This document shows, one piece after another, positions 1 to 16,700 of a DNA stretch of 64,000 bases. Under the pieces are notes generated by a model that searched no databases, was not told the origin of the DNA, and was given only the letters and a program-made list of their open reading frames with translations. Source of the DNA: the human T2T-CHM13v2.0 reference genome, Homo sapiens. The stretch is taken from the NCBI GenBank assembly GCA_009914755.4, contig CP086569.2:11072001-11136000 (forward strand), given 5' to 3'. The position numbers and the translations under genes are program-made. Each line of letters opens with the position of its first letter. Position 1 is the stretch's first letter.

Positions 1-3930
<3,930 letters not shown>

Positions 3931-4838
3931 CTTTGTGGTTTTAACTACTTTTGGTCTTTGATGATGGTGATGTACAGATGGGTTTTCGGTGTAGATGTCC
4001 TTTCTGGTTGTTAGTTTTCCTTCTAACAGACAGGACCCTCAGCTGCAGGTCTGTTGGAATACCCTGCCGTGTGAGGTGTCAGTGTGCCCCTGCTGGGGGG
4101 TGCCTCCCAGTTAGGCTGCTCGGGGGTCAGGGGTCAGGGACCCACTTGAGGAGGCAGTCTGCCCATTCTCAGATCTCCAGCTGCGTGCTGGGAGAACCAC
4201 TGCTCTCTTCAAAGCTGTCAGACAGGGACACTTAAGTCTGCAGAGGTTACTGCTGTCTTTTTGTTTGTCTGTGCCCTGCCCCCAGAGGTGGAGCCTACAG
4301 AGGCAGGCAGGCCTCCTTGAGCTGTGGTGGGCTCCATCCAGTTCCAGCTTCCCTGCTGCTTTGTTTACCTAAGCAAGCCTGGACAATGGCGGGCGCCCCT
4401 CCCCCAGCCTCGTTGCCGCCTTGCAGTTTGATCTCAGACTGCTGTGCTAGCAATCAGCGAGATTCCGTGGGCGTAGGACCCTCTCAGCCAGGTGTGCGAT
4501 ATAGTCTCGTGGTGCGCCGTTTCTTAAGCCGGTCTGAAAAGCGCAATATTCGGGTGGGAGTGACCCGATTTTCCAGGTGCGTCCATCACCCCTTTCTTTG
4601 ACTCGGAAAGGGAACTCCCTGACCCCTTGCACTTCCCAGGTGAGGCAATGCCTCGCCCTGCTTCGGCTCGCGCACGGTATGCACACACACTGGCCTGCGC
4701 CCACTGTCTGGCACTCCCTAGTGAGATGAACCCGGTACCACAGATGGAAATGCAGAAATCACCCGTCTTCTGCATTGCTCACGCTGGGAGCTGTAGACCG
4801 GAGCTGTTCCTATTCGGCCATCTTGGCTCCTCCTCCCA
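3931..4838 (-). promoter_or_regulatory. L1 5'UTR with internal sense promoter (YY1 site at the extreme 5' end) and antisense promoter region
   Basis: The sequence is colinear with the L1HS 5'UTR. The YY1 core CAAGATGGCCG reads as its reverse complement cggccatcttg at about 4816-4826. Promoter activity is established knowledge for this family, not measured here. Confidence 0.8.
4386..4601 (+). CDS. L1 ORF0 (primate-specific antisense ORF in the L1 5'UTR), 71 aa, intact
   Basis: ATG at 4386 in a good Kozak context (ggacaATGG). Translation MAGAPPPASLPPCSLISDCCASNQRDSVGVGPSQPGVRYSLVVRRFLSRSEKRNIRVGVTRFSRCVHHPFL* matches the published ORF0 peptide with about 3 substitutions. Its orientation points toward the adjacent satellite. 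Confidence 0.6.
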   Translation: MAGAPPPASLPPCSLISDCCASNQRDSVGVGPSQPGVRYSLVVRRFLSRSEKRNIRVGVTRFSRCVHHPFL

Positions 4839-5500
4839 TTCTTTCCATTCATTTCCATTCCACTCCATTAGATTCCATTTCATTTCACTCCTTTCCATTC
4901 CATTCCACTGAACTCCATTTCACTCCAATCCACTTCACTCCACTCCACTCTTTTCTGTTCCGTTCTGTTCCATTCTTTTCCTTTCCATTCCATTTCATTC
5001 CATTCCATTCTATTCCATTTCAGTCCACTCATTTCCATTCCATTCCACTCCATTCCAGTTCATTCGACTCCACTCCACTCCACACTGTTCCATTCTGTTC
5101 AGTTCCGTTCTGTTCCATTCCATTGTGTTCCACTCCATTCAAATCCACACCACTCCATTCCACTCCACTGGTTTCACTCAATACAACTCCACTCCACTCC
5201 ATTCCATTCCTCTCCATTCCATTCCACTACACTCCATTCCATTCCATTCGATTCCACCCCATTCGTCTCTATTCCACTGCATTCCATTCCACACCACTCC
5301 ATTCCACTCCACTCCACTCTATTCCACTCCATTTAATTCCATTCAACAGTACTTTATTCAATTTCATTTCACTCCATTCCATTCCATTCCACTCAACTTC
5401 ATTCCTGTCCACTCCATTCCACTCCGCTACACTTCATTCCACTCCCTTCTATTCCACTGCACTCCATTCCATTCCATTCTACTTCATTCCTTTCTATTCC

Positions 5501-5563
5501 TTTATTTCTACTGGATCGCAGTCTGTCACCCAGATGGAGTGAAGTGGCACAGTATTAGCTCAC
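5501..5563 (-). mobile_element. Alu 3'-terminal remnant (antisense orientation), about 60 bp, representative copy
   Basis: tttatttctactggatcgcagtctgtcacccagatggagtgaagtggcacagtattagctcac resembles antisense Alu TTTTGAGACGGAGTCTCGCTCTGTCGCCCAGGCTGGAGTGCAGTGGCGCGATCTCGGCTCAC, with CpG decay. Confidence 0.65.
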
Positions 5564-6202
5564 ATTTCATTTCACCATTCCATTCCATTCCATTCAATTC
5601 CATTACGCTCCACTCCACTCCATTCCGTACCATTCCTTTTATTTCCACTGCGTTCCGATCCACTCCACTCAACTCCACTCCACTCAGTTCCATTCCATTC
5701 CATTCCATTCCCTTCCTTTCCAATCCATTAGACTCAAGTCCATTCCACTCCATTCCATTAGACTCAACTTCATTCCATTCCACTCCATTCCACTCCACTC
5801 CACTCCTCATCCTTTTACTCCTCTCCATTCCATTCCATTCCATTCTTCCGCACTCTAATCCACTCCACTCAACTCCACTCCACTCCATCCCATTCCATTC
5901 CGTTCCCTTCCATTCCATTCCATTACACTCTATTCCATTACATTCACCTCCATTCCACTCCACTCCCATTCATTCCATTCCACTCAATTCCATGCCAATC
6001 CACTCTTTTCCACTCCATTCCATTCCTTTCCACTCCATTCCATACCAATCCATTCCATTCCACTCCATTGCACTCCATGCCACTCCAAAAAATTCCATTC
6101 CACTCTATTCGATTCCATTCCACTCCATTCGATTCTATTCCACTCCATTCTATTCCACTCTGCTCCATTCCATTCTATTTTTCTCCATTGCATTTCCTTC
6201 CT

Positions 6203-6266
6203 TTATTTCGACTGGTTCTGTCTCTGTCACCCAGATTGGAGTGCAGTGGCACAATCTTAACTCTCA
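6203..6266 (-). mobile_element. Alu 3'-terminal remnant, representative copy
   Basis: ttatttcgactggttctgtctctgtcacccagattggagtgcagtggcacaatcttaactctc. Both flanks are the same as in other copies (...cctttatttcgac upstream, ...catttcatttcacc downstream). Confidence 0.65.
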
Positions 6267-9200
6267 TTTCATTTCACAATTCCATTCCATTCCAATCCAC
6301 TCTAATCCACTGCACTCCTGTACACTCCATTCATTACACTCCATTCATTACACTCCATTCAACTGCACTCAGATCCACTCCACTCCACTCATCTCCACTC
6401 CATTATATTCTGTACCATTCCCTTCCCTTCCGTTCCATTCCACTCCATTCCTTTCCACTCCACTCCATTCCACTCCACTCCTATTCACTCCTTTCCCATC
6501 CATTCAACTCCACTGCATTCCACTACATTCCAATCCATTCCATTCCACTCCAATACTGTCCATTCCACTCAAATCCGTTCCACTCCACTCCATTCCACTC
6601 CAATCCATTCTAGCCCACTCCACCCCATCCCACTCCATTGCATTCACCTCCACTTCATTCCATTCCATTCTACTATATTCCATTCCAATACATTCCGTTG
6701 TGTACACTGGATCTCACTCTTTCATCCAGACTGGAGTGCAGTGGAACAATCTTAGTTCACATTTCTTTTCACCATTCCATTCCATTCCATTCCATTACAT
6801 TCCGTCCCACACCATTCCATTCAATTCCTTTCCCTCCATTCTCTTGCATTCCATTCCTCTCCATTCCACTATATTCCACTGCATTCCCTTCCACTCCACT
6901 CCATTCCACTCCTCTCCACTCCACTCCCTTCCAGTCCATTCCACTCCATTACACTACACTCCATTCCACTCTAATCCATTCCCCTTTATTCCCTTCTATT
7001 GCAATAAATTCCACTCCATTCAATTTCATTCCACTCCTTTCCAGTCCACTCAACTCCACTTCATTCCACTCCACTCCATTCCACTCCATTCCTTTCCATT
7101 CCGTTCCATTCCACTCCACTGCATTACACTCAACTCCTTTCCACAATGCTGCATTTTACGCCATTATACTCCATTCCACTCTGTTCCACTGCACTCCACT
7201 CCACTACACTATACTCTACTGCATTCCACTCCACTCCATTACCCTCCGCTAAACTCCATTCCACACCATTCCATTCCATTCCACTCCATTTCATTACTTT
7301 CCTTTCCTCTCCATTCCACTCCATTAAACTCCACTCCATTACAGTCCACTCCACTCCATTCCACTGCATTCCATGCCTTTCCATTACATTACATTCCAAT
7401 CCATTCCAATCCACACAATTCCATTCCACTCCTTTCGACTCCACTCCAATCCCGTCCACTCAACTCCACCCTACCACACTCCACTCCATTCCATTCTGTA
7501 CCATTCCCTTCCATTCCATTCCATTCCACTCACTTCCTTTTCAATCCACTCAATTCCTCTCCACTCCAATTCACTGCATTACCCTCTTTTCCACTCCATT
7601 CCACTCCATTCCATTCCATTCCACTCCATTTCATTCCATTCCTTTCCACTCCATTCCACTCCACTCCATTCCATTCCAATTCATTCTACTACACTCCACC
7701 CCATTCCACTCCATTCCATTACTCTCCACTGCATTCCATTTGATTCTTCTAAATTCCTTTAAATTCCATTCCTTTATTTTGACTGTGTCTCACTCTTTCA
7801 CCCAGACTGTAGTGAAGTGGCACAATACTAGTTAATATTTCATTTCACCATTCCTTTCCATTCCATTCCATTCCACTCCAATCGATTCCACACCACTCCA
7901 CTCCACTCCTTTCCATTCCATTACACTGCATTCTGATACACTCCACTCAACTCCACTCCGCTCCATTCCGATCCACTCTTTTCCATTCATTTCCATTCCA
8001 TTCCATTCTGCTACACTCCATTCCATTCCACTCCATTCCAATCCATTCCACTACACTGCACTTCACTCCACTCCACTCCCCTCCACTCCACTCAACTACA
8101 ATACACTAAACTCCACTCCATTCCATTCAGTTCCATTCCATTTCATTGCATTCCACTGCACTCCGATCCACTCCACTCAACTCCTCTACACTAATCTCCA
8201 CCCCGTTTTGTTCCATTACTTTACATTCCTTTCCATTCCATTCCATTCCATTCCACTCCACACCACTTCTTTCCATTCCACTCCATTTCATTCCACTCCA
8301 CTCCACTCCAATCCACTTCACTCGTCTCGAATCCATTCCATTCCACTGCACTCCGATCCACTCCACAAAACTCTAATCCACCCCACTCCATTACACTCCG
8401 TTCCATTCCGTTCCTTTCCATTCTGTTGCATTCCATTCCACAACATACCATTCCAGTCCAATCCATTCCACTCCACTCCACTCCACTTCACTCCACTCCA
8501 TTTCACTCCATTCCACCCCTCCCCACTGCACTCTGTGCCTTTCCTTTCCATTCTGTTCCCGTCCGTTCCATTCAATTTCATTCAATTCCATTCCATTCCA
8601 CTCCACTTCATTCCATTCCTGTCCATTTCACTCCATTCCACTGCGTTCGACTCTGATCCTCTGCAATACACTCCACTCCTCTCCAATCCATTCCAATCCA
8701 TTTCATTCCATTCCACTCCACTCCATTCCTTTCCATTACAGGCCATAGCACTGCATTCCACTACATTCCATTCCATTCCACTACATTCCGCTCCACTCCA
8801 TTCCACTCCACTCCACTCCATTCCACTCTATTCCATTCCATTACATTCCACTCCACTCCATTCACCTCCACTCGATTCCAATCCACTCCACTCCATTATA
8901 CTCCATTCTACTCCATTCCATTCCTTTATTTGATTGGATTGCTTCTCATTCTGTCACCCAGACTGGAGTTCAGTGGCACAATATTAGCTTACTTATCATT
9001 TCAACTTTCCATTCCATGCCATTCAATTACATTCCAATGCATTCCATTCCATTACACTCCACTCCATTCCATGCCATTCCACTCCATTCAATGCCATTGC
9101 ATTCCATTCAATGACATTCCATTCCATTCCACTCCATTCCATTCCGTTCCACTCCACTCCACTCCATTCCATTCCACTCAAATCCACTCCACTCCACTCA

Positions 9201-9644
9201 AATCCACTTCACTCCACTTCACTCCATTCCATTCTGCTCCATTCCATTCCGCTCCTTTCTATTCCATTGCACTCCATTCCATTTCTTTAAATGCCATTGC
9301 ACGCCTCTCCATTTCACTCGATTCTACTCCACTCCTCTCCAGTCTACTCCACTCCACTTCACTCTATTCCATTCCTCCCCGTTTCTTTCCATTCCACTCC
9401 ACTCCATTACACTCAAATCCAGTCCTTTCCACTCCATTCCGTTCCATTCCACTCCATTCCATTCCATTCCTCTATATTCCATTCCATTCCATTACACTAC
9501 ATTCCACTCCACTCCATTCCTCTCCACTCCATTCCAATCCACTCCACGCCATTGCACTCAAATACATTCTACTCCAGTCCATTGCACTCCATTACATTCA
9601 ACTCCACTCCATTCAATTCCACACTTCTCCATTCCATTTCTTTT

Positions 9645-9709
9645 CTTTATTTCAGCTGGAACTCACTGTGTCACCCAGACTGGATTGCAGTGGAACAATG
9701 TTAGCTCAC
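9645..9709 (-). mobile_element. Alu 3'-terminal remnant (variant 'ttcagctggaactcactgtgtcacccagactggattgcagtggaacaatgttagctcac')
   Basis: Same motif, present in both copies of the about 1.05 kb HOR (second copy 10691..10759). Confidence 0.6.
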
Positions 9710-10690
9710 ATTTCATTTCAACACTCCATTCCATTCCTTTCCATCACTCCACTCCACTCCATTCCAATCAATTCCACTCCACTCCATTCCAATAAAATCC
9801 ACTAGTCTCAAATACAATCAATTCCATTCCACTCCACTCCATTCCGTTCCATTCCATTCCATTGCATATCACTTCTCTCCTACCCACTACAATCAACTCC
9901 AGTCTACGCCTCTCCACTCCACTTCTTTTCATTCCGTTCCATACCATTCCATTCCATTCTGTTCCATTCCATTCCACTCCACTCCACTCCATTACATTCC
10001 ATTTCCCTCCATTCCACTCCACTCCACTCCAGTCCACTCCACTCTATGCCAATACATTCCATTCCATTCCAATCCATTCCACTCCATTACACTCCACTCC
10101 ATTCCATTCCATTCCATTCCACTCCATTCAGTGCCATTCTATTCCTTTCAATACCATTCAATTCCATTCCACTCCTTTCCATTCCGTTCCACTCCACTCC
10201 ACTCCATTCCATTCCACTCAAATCCACTCCACTCCACTCCACTCAAATCCACTCCACTCCACTTCACTCCATTCAATTCTATTCCATTCCATTCTGCTCC
10301 TTTCTATTTCATTCCAGTCCATTCCATTCCTTTAAACGCCATTCCACGCCCCTCCATTTCACTCGATTCTACTCCACTCCTCTCCACTCTACTCCACTTC
10401 ACTTCACTCTATTCCATTCCTCCCCATTCCTTTCCATTCCACTCCATTCCACTCCACTCCATTACACTCAAATCCAGTCCTTTCCACTCCATTCCGTTCC
10501 ATTCCACTCCATTCCATTCCATTCCTCTACATTCCATTCCATTCCATTACACTACATTCCACTCCATTCCTCTCCACTCCATTCCAATCCACTCCACTCC
10601 ATTGCACTCAACTACATTCTACTCCAGTCCATTGCACTCCATTACATTCAACTCCACTCCATTCAATTCCACTGTTCTCCATTCCATTTC

Positions 10691-10759
10691 TTTTCTTTAT
10701 TTCAGCTGGAACTCACTGTGTCACCCAGACTGGATTGCAGTGGAACAATGTTAACTCAC
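10691..10759 (-). mobile_element. Alu 3'-terminal remnant, HOR paralogue of 9645..9709
   Basis: Near-identical to the 9645..9709 copy, including flanks. Confidence 0.6.
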
Positions 10760-13700
10760 ATTTCATTTCAACATTACATTCCATTCCTTTCCATCACTTC
10801 ACTCCACTCCATTCCAATCAATTCCACTCCACTCCATTCCAATAAAATCCACTAGTCTCAAATACACTCCATTCCATTCCACTCCACTCCACTCCATTCC
10901 ATTCCATTACATTCCATATCACTTCTCTCCTATCAACTACCGTCAACGCCACTCTACACCTCTCCACTCCACTTCTTTTCATTCCGTTCCATACCATTCC
11001 ATACCATTCCATTCCATTCTGTTCCATTCCCTTCCACTCCATTCCACTCCATTGCATTCCGTTTCCCTCCATTCCACTCCACTCCACTCCAGTCCACTCC
11101 ACTCTACGCCAATACATTCCTTTCCATTCCATTCCATTGCATGCCATTCCATTCCATTCCACTGCACTCCTATCAACTCCTCTCAACTTCACTACTGTCC
11201 ACTCCTTTCCATTCCATTCTGTTCTGCTCTGTTCCATTCCATTCCGTTCATTTCCACTCCACTCCACTCCTCTACATTCCATTACATGTAATTCCATTTC
11301 ACTGCATTACACTACCCTCCACACCACTGCACTCAACTCCAATCCATTCCAATTCATTCCATTCCATTCTGCTCCTTTCCACTGAACTGCACTCCACCAC
11401 ACTCCACTCCACTTCGTTCCATTCCATTCCATCCCATTCCATTCCACTCCATTCCACTCCACCCCACCTCACTCCACTGCACTCCACTCCAGTCCACTCC
11501 ATTGCATACCATTCCATTCCATTCCACTGCATTCCATTCCATTTCTTTCTTTTCAGAATATCTCCCTCTGTCACCCAACCTGGAGTGCAGTGGCACAATC
11601 TCTGCTCACATTTTATTTCACAATTCCATTCCATTCCATTCCATTCCGCTCCATTCCACTCCACTCCAATCATTTCCACTCCATTGCATTCCAGTCCACT
11701 CCATTCCGTTCGGTTACATGCCATTCCATTCCATTCCTTTCAACTCCTTTCCACTCTGCTCCACTCCATTCCATTCCAATCTACTCCACTCTCCTCTTTT
11801 CCATTTCCTTCCATCCCATTCCATTCTACTCCTTTCCACTCCATTCCATTCGGTTCCATTCCATTCCATTTCATTCCTTTTCAATATTTTCTTTCGACAG
11901 GATCTCACTCTGTACCACAGGCTGGAGTGCAGTTGCAAAATCACAGCTCACATTTCATTTCAGCATTCCATTCCATTCCATTGCATTCCATTCTATTCCA
12001 TTCCATTACACTCCGTTTCATTCCAATCCATTCCATCCCTTTCCATTCCATTGCATTCCATTCCATTCCACTGCACTGTGATCCACTCCACTCAACTCCG
12101 CTCCACTCCAGTCAATTCCATTCCATTCCACTCCATTTCAATCCATTCCACTCCATTACATTTCATTCCACTGTACTAAATTCCATTCCATTCCACTGTA
12201 CTCCAGTGCACTCCACTCCACTACTTTCCACTCCACTCCACTCTGTTACACACCTCTCCATTCCATTCAATTCCATTTTCTTCCATTCCATTCCATTCCA
12301 CTGCACTCCTTTCTATTCCACTCAACTCCATTCCACTCCACTGCATTCAGTTCCCTTCCTTTCCATTCAATTCCCTTCCATTCCTTTCCCTTCAGTTCCA
12401 TTCCTTTCCATTCTACTCCACTGCCTTCCATTCCACTCCATTTCACCCCATTCGACTCCATTCTACTCTACTCCATACCACTTCACTCCACTCCACTCCA
12501 CTGTACTCCACTCCAGTCCATTCCATTCCCTTGCGTTCCATTCAGTTCCAATCCATTTCCCTCCCTTCTATTCCACTCCACTCCACTCCACTCCATTTCT
12601 CTCCATTCCACTACATTCCTCTCCACTCCATTCCACTCCACTCCACTCCCTTCCATTACACTTCAATCCATTCTATTCCACTCCATTCCCTTCTATTCCA
12701 TTACACTCCATTCCTCTCCATTCCACTCCACTCCATTCTTCTCCAATCCATTATACTCCACTCCACTCCATTCGACTCCATTCCGTTAACCTCCACCTCA
12801 TTCCTTTCCATTCTACTCCATTCCATTCCATTCTTTTATTTCGTCTAAATCTCACTCTGTCACCAAGACTGGAATGGAGTAGAACAATCTTAGCTCACAT
12901 TTCTTTTCACAATACCATTCCATTCCATTCCATCCCATTCCATTACACTCCACTCCATTCCTTTCCAGTCCACTCCAATCCACTCTACTCAACTCCACTC
13001 CATTCTATTCCACTCCATTTCAATCCACTCCACAACTTGCATTTCCATTTCATTCCATTCCTTTTCATTCTATCCTAATGCACTCCCATCCACTCCACGC
13101 AACTCCACTGCACTCCAGGCCACAACACGCCATTCTGATCCTTTCCATTTCGTGCTCTTCCATTCCACTCCTTTCCATTCCACTCCTCTGATTTCCATTC
13201 CACCCCACTCCACTCCACTCCACTCCATTCCATTCCTTTCCATTCCAGTCAAATCCCTTCACTCCATTCCATTCAATTCCATTCCCTTCCATTCCATTTC
13301 ATTCCATTCCATTCCATTCTACTGCACTCCAATCCACCCGTCTCATCTCCACTCCACTCCATTCCGTTCCTTTCCGTTCCATACCATTCCATCGCATTCC
13401 AATCCATTACTGACCATTCCATTCCTTTCCATTCCATTCCATTCCACAACACTCTATTCCGTTCCACTCCGTTCAACTCCATTCCACTCCAATCCACTCC
13501 ACGGCACTCCACTCCACTGCACTCCAATATACTTCATTCCATTCCATTAAATTCCACTGCACAAATAGCTAATCCACTCACCTCCACTCCATTCCCATCC
13601 ACTCCACTCCATTCCATTCTGTTCCATTCCATTCCATTCGGTTGCTTTCCATTCCACTCAATACCACTCCACTCCATTCCACTCCATAATATTGCACTCC

Positions 13701-16700
13701 ACTCCACTCAATTCCACTCCATTCCACTCCATTCCATTAAATTCCATTTCACTCCATTCCACTCGACCCACGTCCACTGCTTTCCACTCCACTCCATTCC
13801 AAACCACTACATTCCACTCCACTCCATTCCATTCCCCTCTGTTCCATTCCACCTCACACCATTCTGCTCCATTATATTCCATTCCATTCCATTCTTTATT
13901 TCGACCGGGTCTCACTCTGTCACCCAGACTGGAGTACAGTGGCACAATAATAGCTCACATTACAGTTCAACATTCCATTGCATTCCATTCCATTCCACTC
14001 CATTCCATTCCATGCCATTCCATTCCATTCCTTTCCATTCCATTGCATTCTATTCCAGACCCCTCCACTCCACTGCACTCCATTCCATTTCATTCATTTC
14101 CACTCCATTCCATTCCACTCCACTCCATTCCATTACATTCCATTCCAATCCTCTCCACTCTACTGCACTTCTCCCCACTCCACTGCACTCCGTTCCATTC
14201 CATTGCATTTAACTCCACTTCATTGCTTTCCATTCCACTCCATTTGAATCCATGCCATTCCATTCCATTCCGTTCCATTCTTTTGCATTCCTTCATTCCA
14301 TTCCACTGCACTCCTATAGACTACACTCAATTCCAAACAAATCCACTCCATTAGGTTCTGTTTCATTCCATTTCTTTCCTTTCAATTCCACTAAATTCCA
14401 ATCCATTCCATTTAACTGCAGTCTGATCCACTCCACTCAACTTCACTCCACTCCACTCCATTCAGTGCACACCTTTTCACTCCATTCCACTCCATTCCAC
14501 TTCATTCCATTTTATTCCACTGCACTGCAATAAAAAATACTCAACTCCACTCCACTCCACTCCATTCCATTCTGTACTTTTCCGTTCCTTTCTTTTCCAT
14601 TCTTTTGCACTCCACTCCATTCCACTCCACTCAATTCCATCCTATTTCATTTTACTCCTTTCCTCTCCATTCCACTCCACTCCATTTTACTCCACTCCAC
14701 TCAACTCCATTCCATTCCACTCCATTACTTTCCATTACACTACATTCGAATCCAAATCATCCCACTCCATTCTACTCCATTCCTCTCCACTCCATTCCAC
14801 TCCACTCCATTTCAATCAACTCCACTCAGTTCCACTGAATTCCATTCCATTAAACTCCATTCCATTCCATTGCATTCCATTCCATTCCATTCCATTCCAT
14901 TCCATTCCATTCCTTTCCATTCATTCCATTCCATTCCACACCATTCCTTTCCAGTCCACTTGATTCCATTCCAATCCAATCCACTCCACTCCAATCTGTT
15001 CCATTCCATTCCATTCTGCTACACTACATTCCCCCCTATTCCATTCCACCCCACACCATTCTGCTCCATTCTGTTCCATTCCATTCCATTTCTTTCCATT
15101 CCTTTCATTCCTTTTCATTCCGCTGCACTCCAATCCACTCCAGTCTATTCCAAACCAATCCACTCCGTTTAGTTCCGTTCCTTTCCATTTCTATCCATTC
15201 CATTCCATTACATTCCAATTCATTCCATTTCACTGCACTCCGATCCACTCCACTCAACTTTACTCTACTCCACTCCACTCCATTCCGTTTCACACCATTC
15301 CACTCCATTCTACCCCACACCAGTTCATTCCTTTCCATTCCATTTTATTCCACTGCATTCTGATAAATAACACTCAACTCCACTCCACTCGACTCTATTT
15401 CATTCCATACTCTTCCGTTCCGTTCTTTTGCACTCCACTCCGTTCCACTCCACTCAATTCCAACCCATTCCTTTTTACTCCTTTTCACTCCATTTCACTC
15501 CACTCCATTTTACTCCACTCCACTCAACTCCATTCCATTCCACTCTATTCCATTCCATTACACAACAATCGATTCCATTTCATTCCACTCCATTCTACTC
15601 CATTCTTCTCCACTTCATTCCACTCCACTCCGTTACACTCAACTCTGTTCTATTCCATTCCATTCCATTCCATTAAACTCCATTTCATTCCATTCCATTC
15701 CATTCCATTCTATTCCATTCTATTCCACACCATTCCTTTCCACTCCACTCGATTCCATTCCAATCCACTCCACTCGATTCCATTCCAATCCACTCCACTC
15801 CAATCCACTCCATTCCATTCGATTCTGCTCCACTGCATTCCCCTCTATTTCTTTCCACCTCACACCATTCCGCTCCATTCTCTTCCATTCCATTCCATTC
15901 TTTATTTCGACTTGATCTCACACTGTCTTCCAGAATGGAGTGCAGTGGCACAATATTAGCTCACATTACATTTCACCATTCCGTTGCACTCCATTGCTTT
16001 CCATTGTATTCCATTCCATTCCATCGCATTCCATTCCAGACCACTCCACTCCACTCCACTCCACTCCACTCCATTCCATTCCATTCCTTTAAAATCCATT
16101 CCAGTGAAGTCCGATCCAAAAATTCAACTCCACTCCACTGCATTTCACTCTTCTCCTTTGCATTCTGCTCCTTTCCATTCGGATCCATTCCATTCCTTTC
16201 TCTTCCATTCCATTCCATTCCTTTCCATTCCATTTCATTCCTTTCCATTCCATTCCACTCCACTCCATTCCCTTCCATTCCACTCCATTCCATTCCATTC
16301 CATTCCACCCAATTCCATTCCTCTCCATTCCACTCCACTCCACTCCAATCCACTCCAATCCACTCCACTACACTCCAAACCATTCCAGTCTACTCCACTC
16401 TACTCCTCTCCATTTCTTTCCATTTTATTCAATTCCATTTTCTTCCATTCCACACCACTCCCTTCCATTCCATTCCATTCCATTCCATTCCACTCCATTC
16501 CATTCCATTCCATTCCATTCCACTGAATTCCCATCCACTCCAGTCAACTCCACACCACTCCAATCCACTCCACTATGTTCCGTTCCATTCCATTCCATTC
16601 AATTCCATTGAATTCCTTTCCATTCCATGCCATTCCAAACCACTTCATTCCATTCCAATCCATTCCCGTTCATTTCATTCCACTCCACTCCACTCCATTC

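Larger units (their letters stand above)
8925..11000. repeat. Local higher-order repeat within HSat3, unit about 1.05 kb, about 2-3 copies
   Basis: The Alu-remnant variant and about 200 bp of flank (…ccactccaataaaatccactagtctcaaatac…catatcacttctctcct…) recur at 9650 and 10695. Six-frame peptides at 8930..9805 and 10046..10855 share long identical tails, as do 9768..10037(-) and 10818..11297(-). Confidence 0.6.

Noticed and set aside
4447-4911. Overlapping GC-rich ORFs in the L1 5'UTR (4447..4704 -, 4524..4775 -, 4627..4911 +)
   Set aside because: These are short chance ORFs in the CpG-rich UTR. The sense-strand UTR of L1 has no known coding function, and the + strand ORF runs into satellite artefact.
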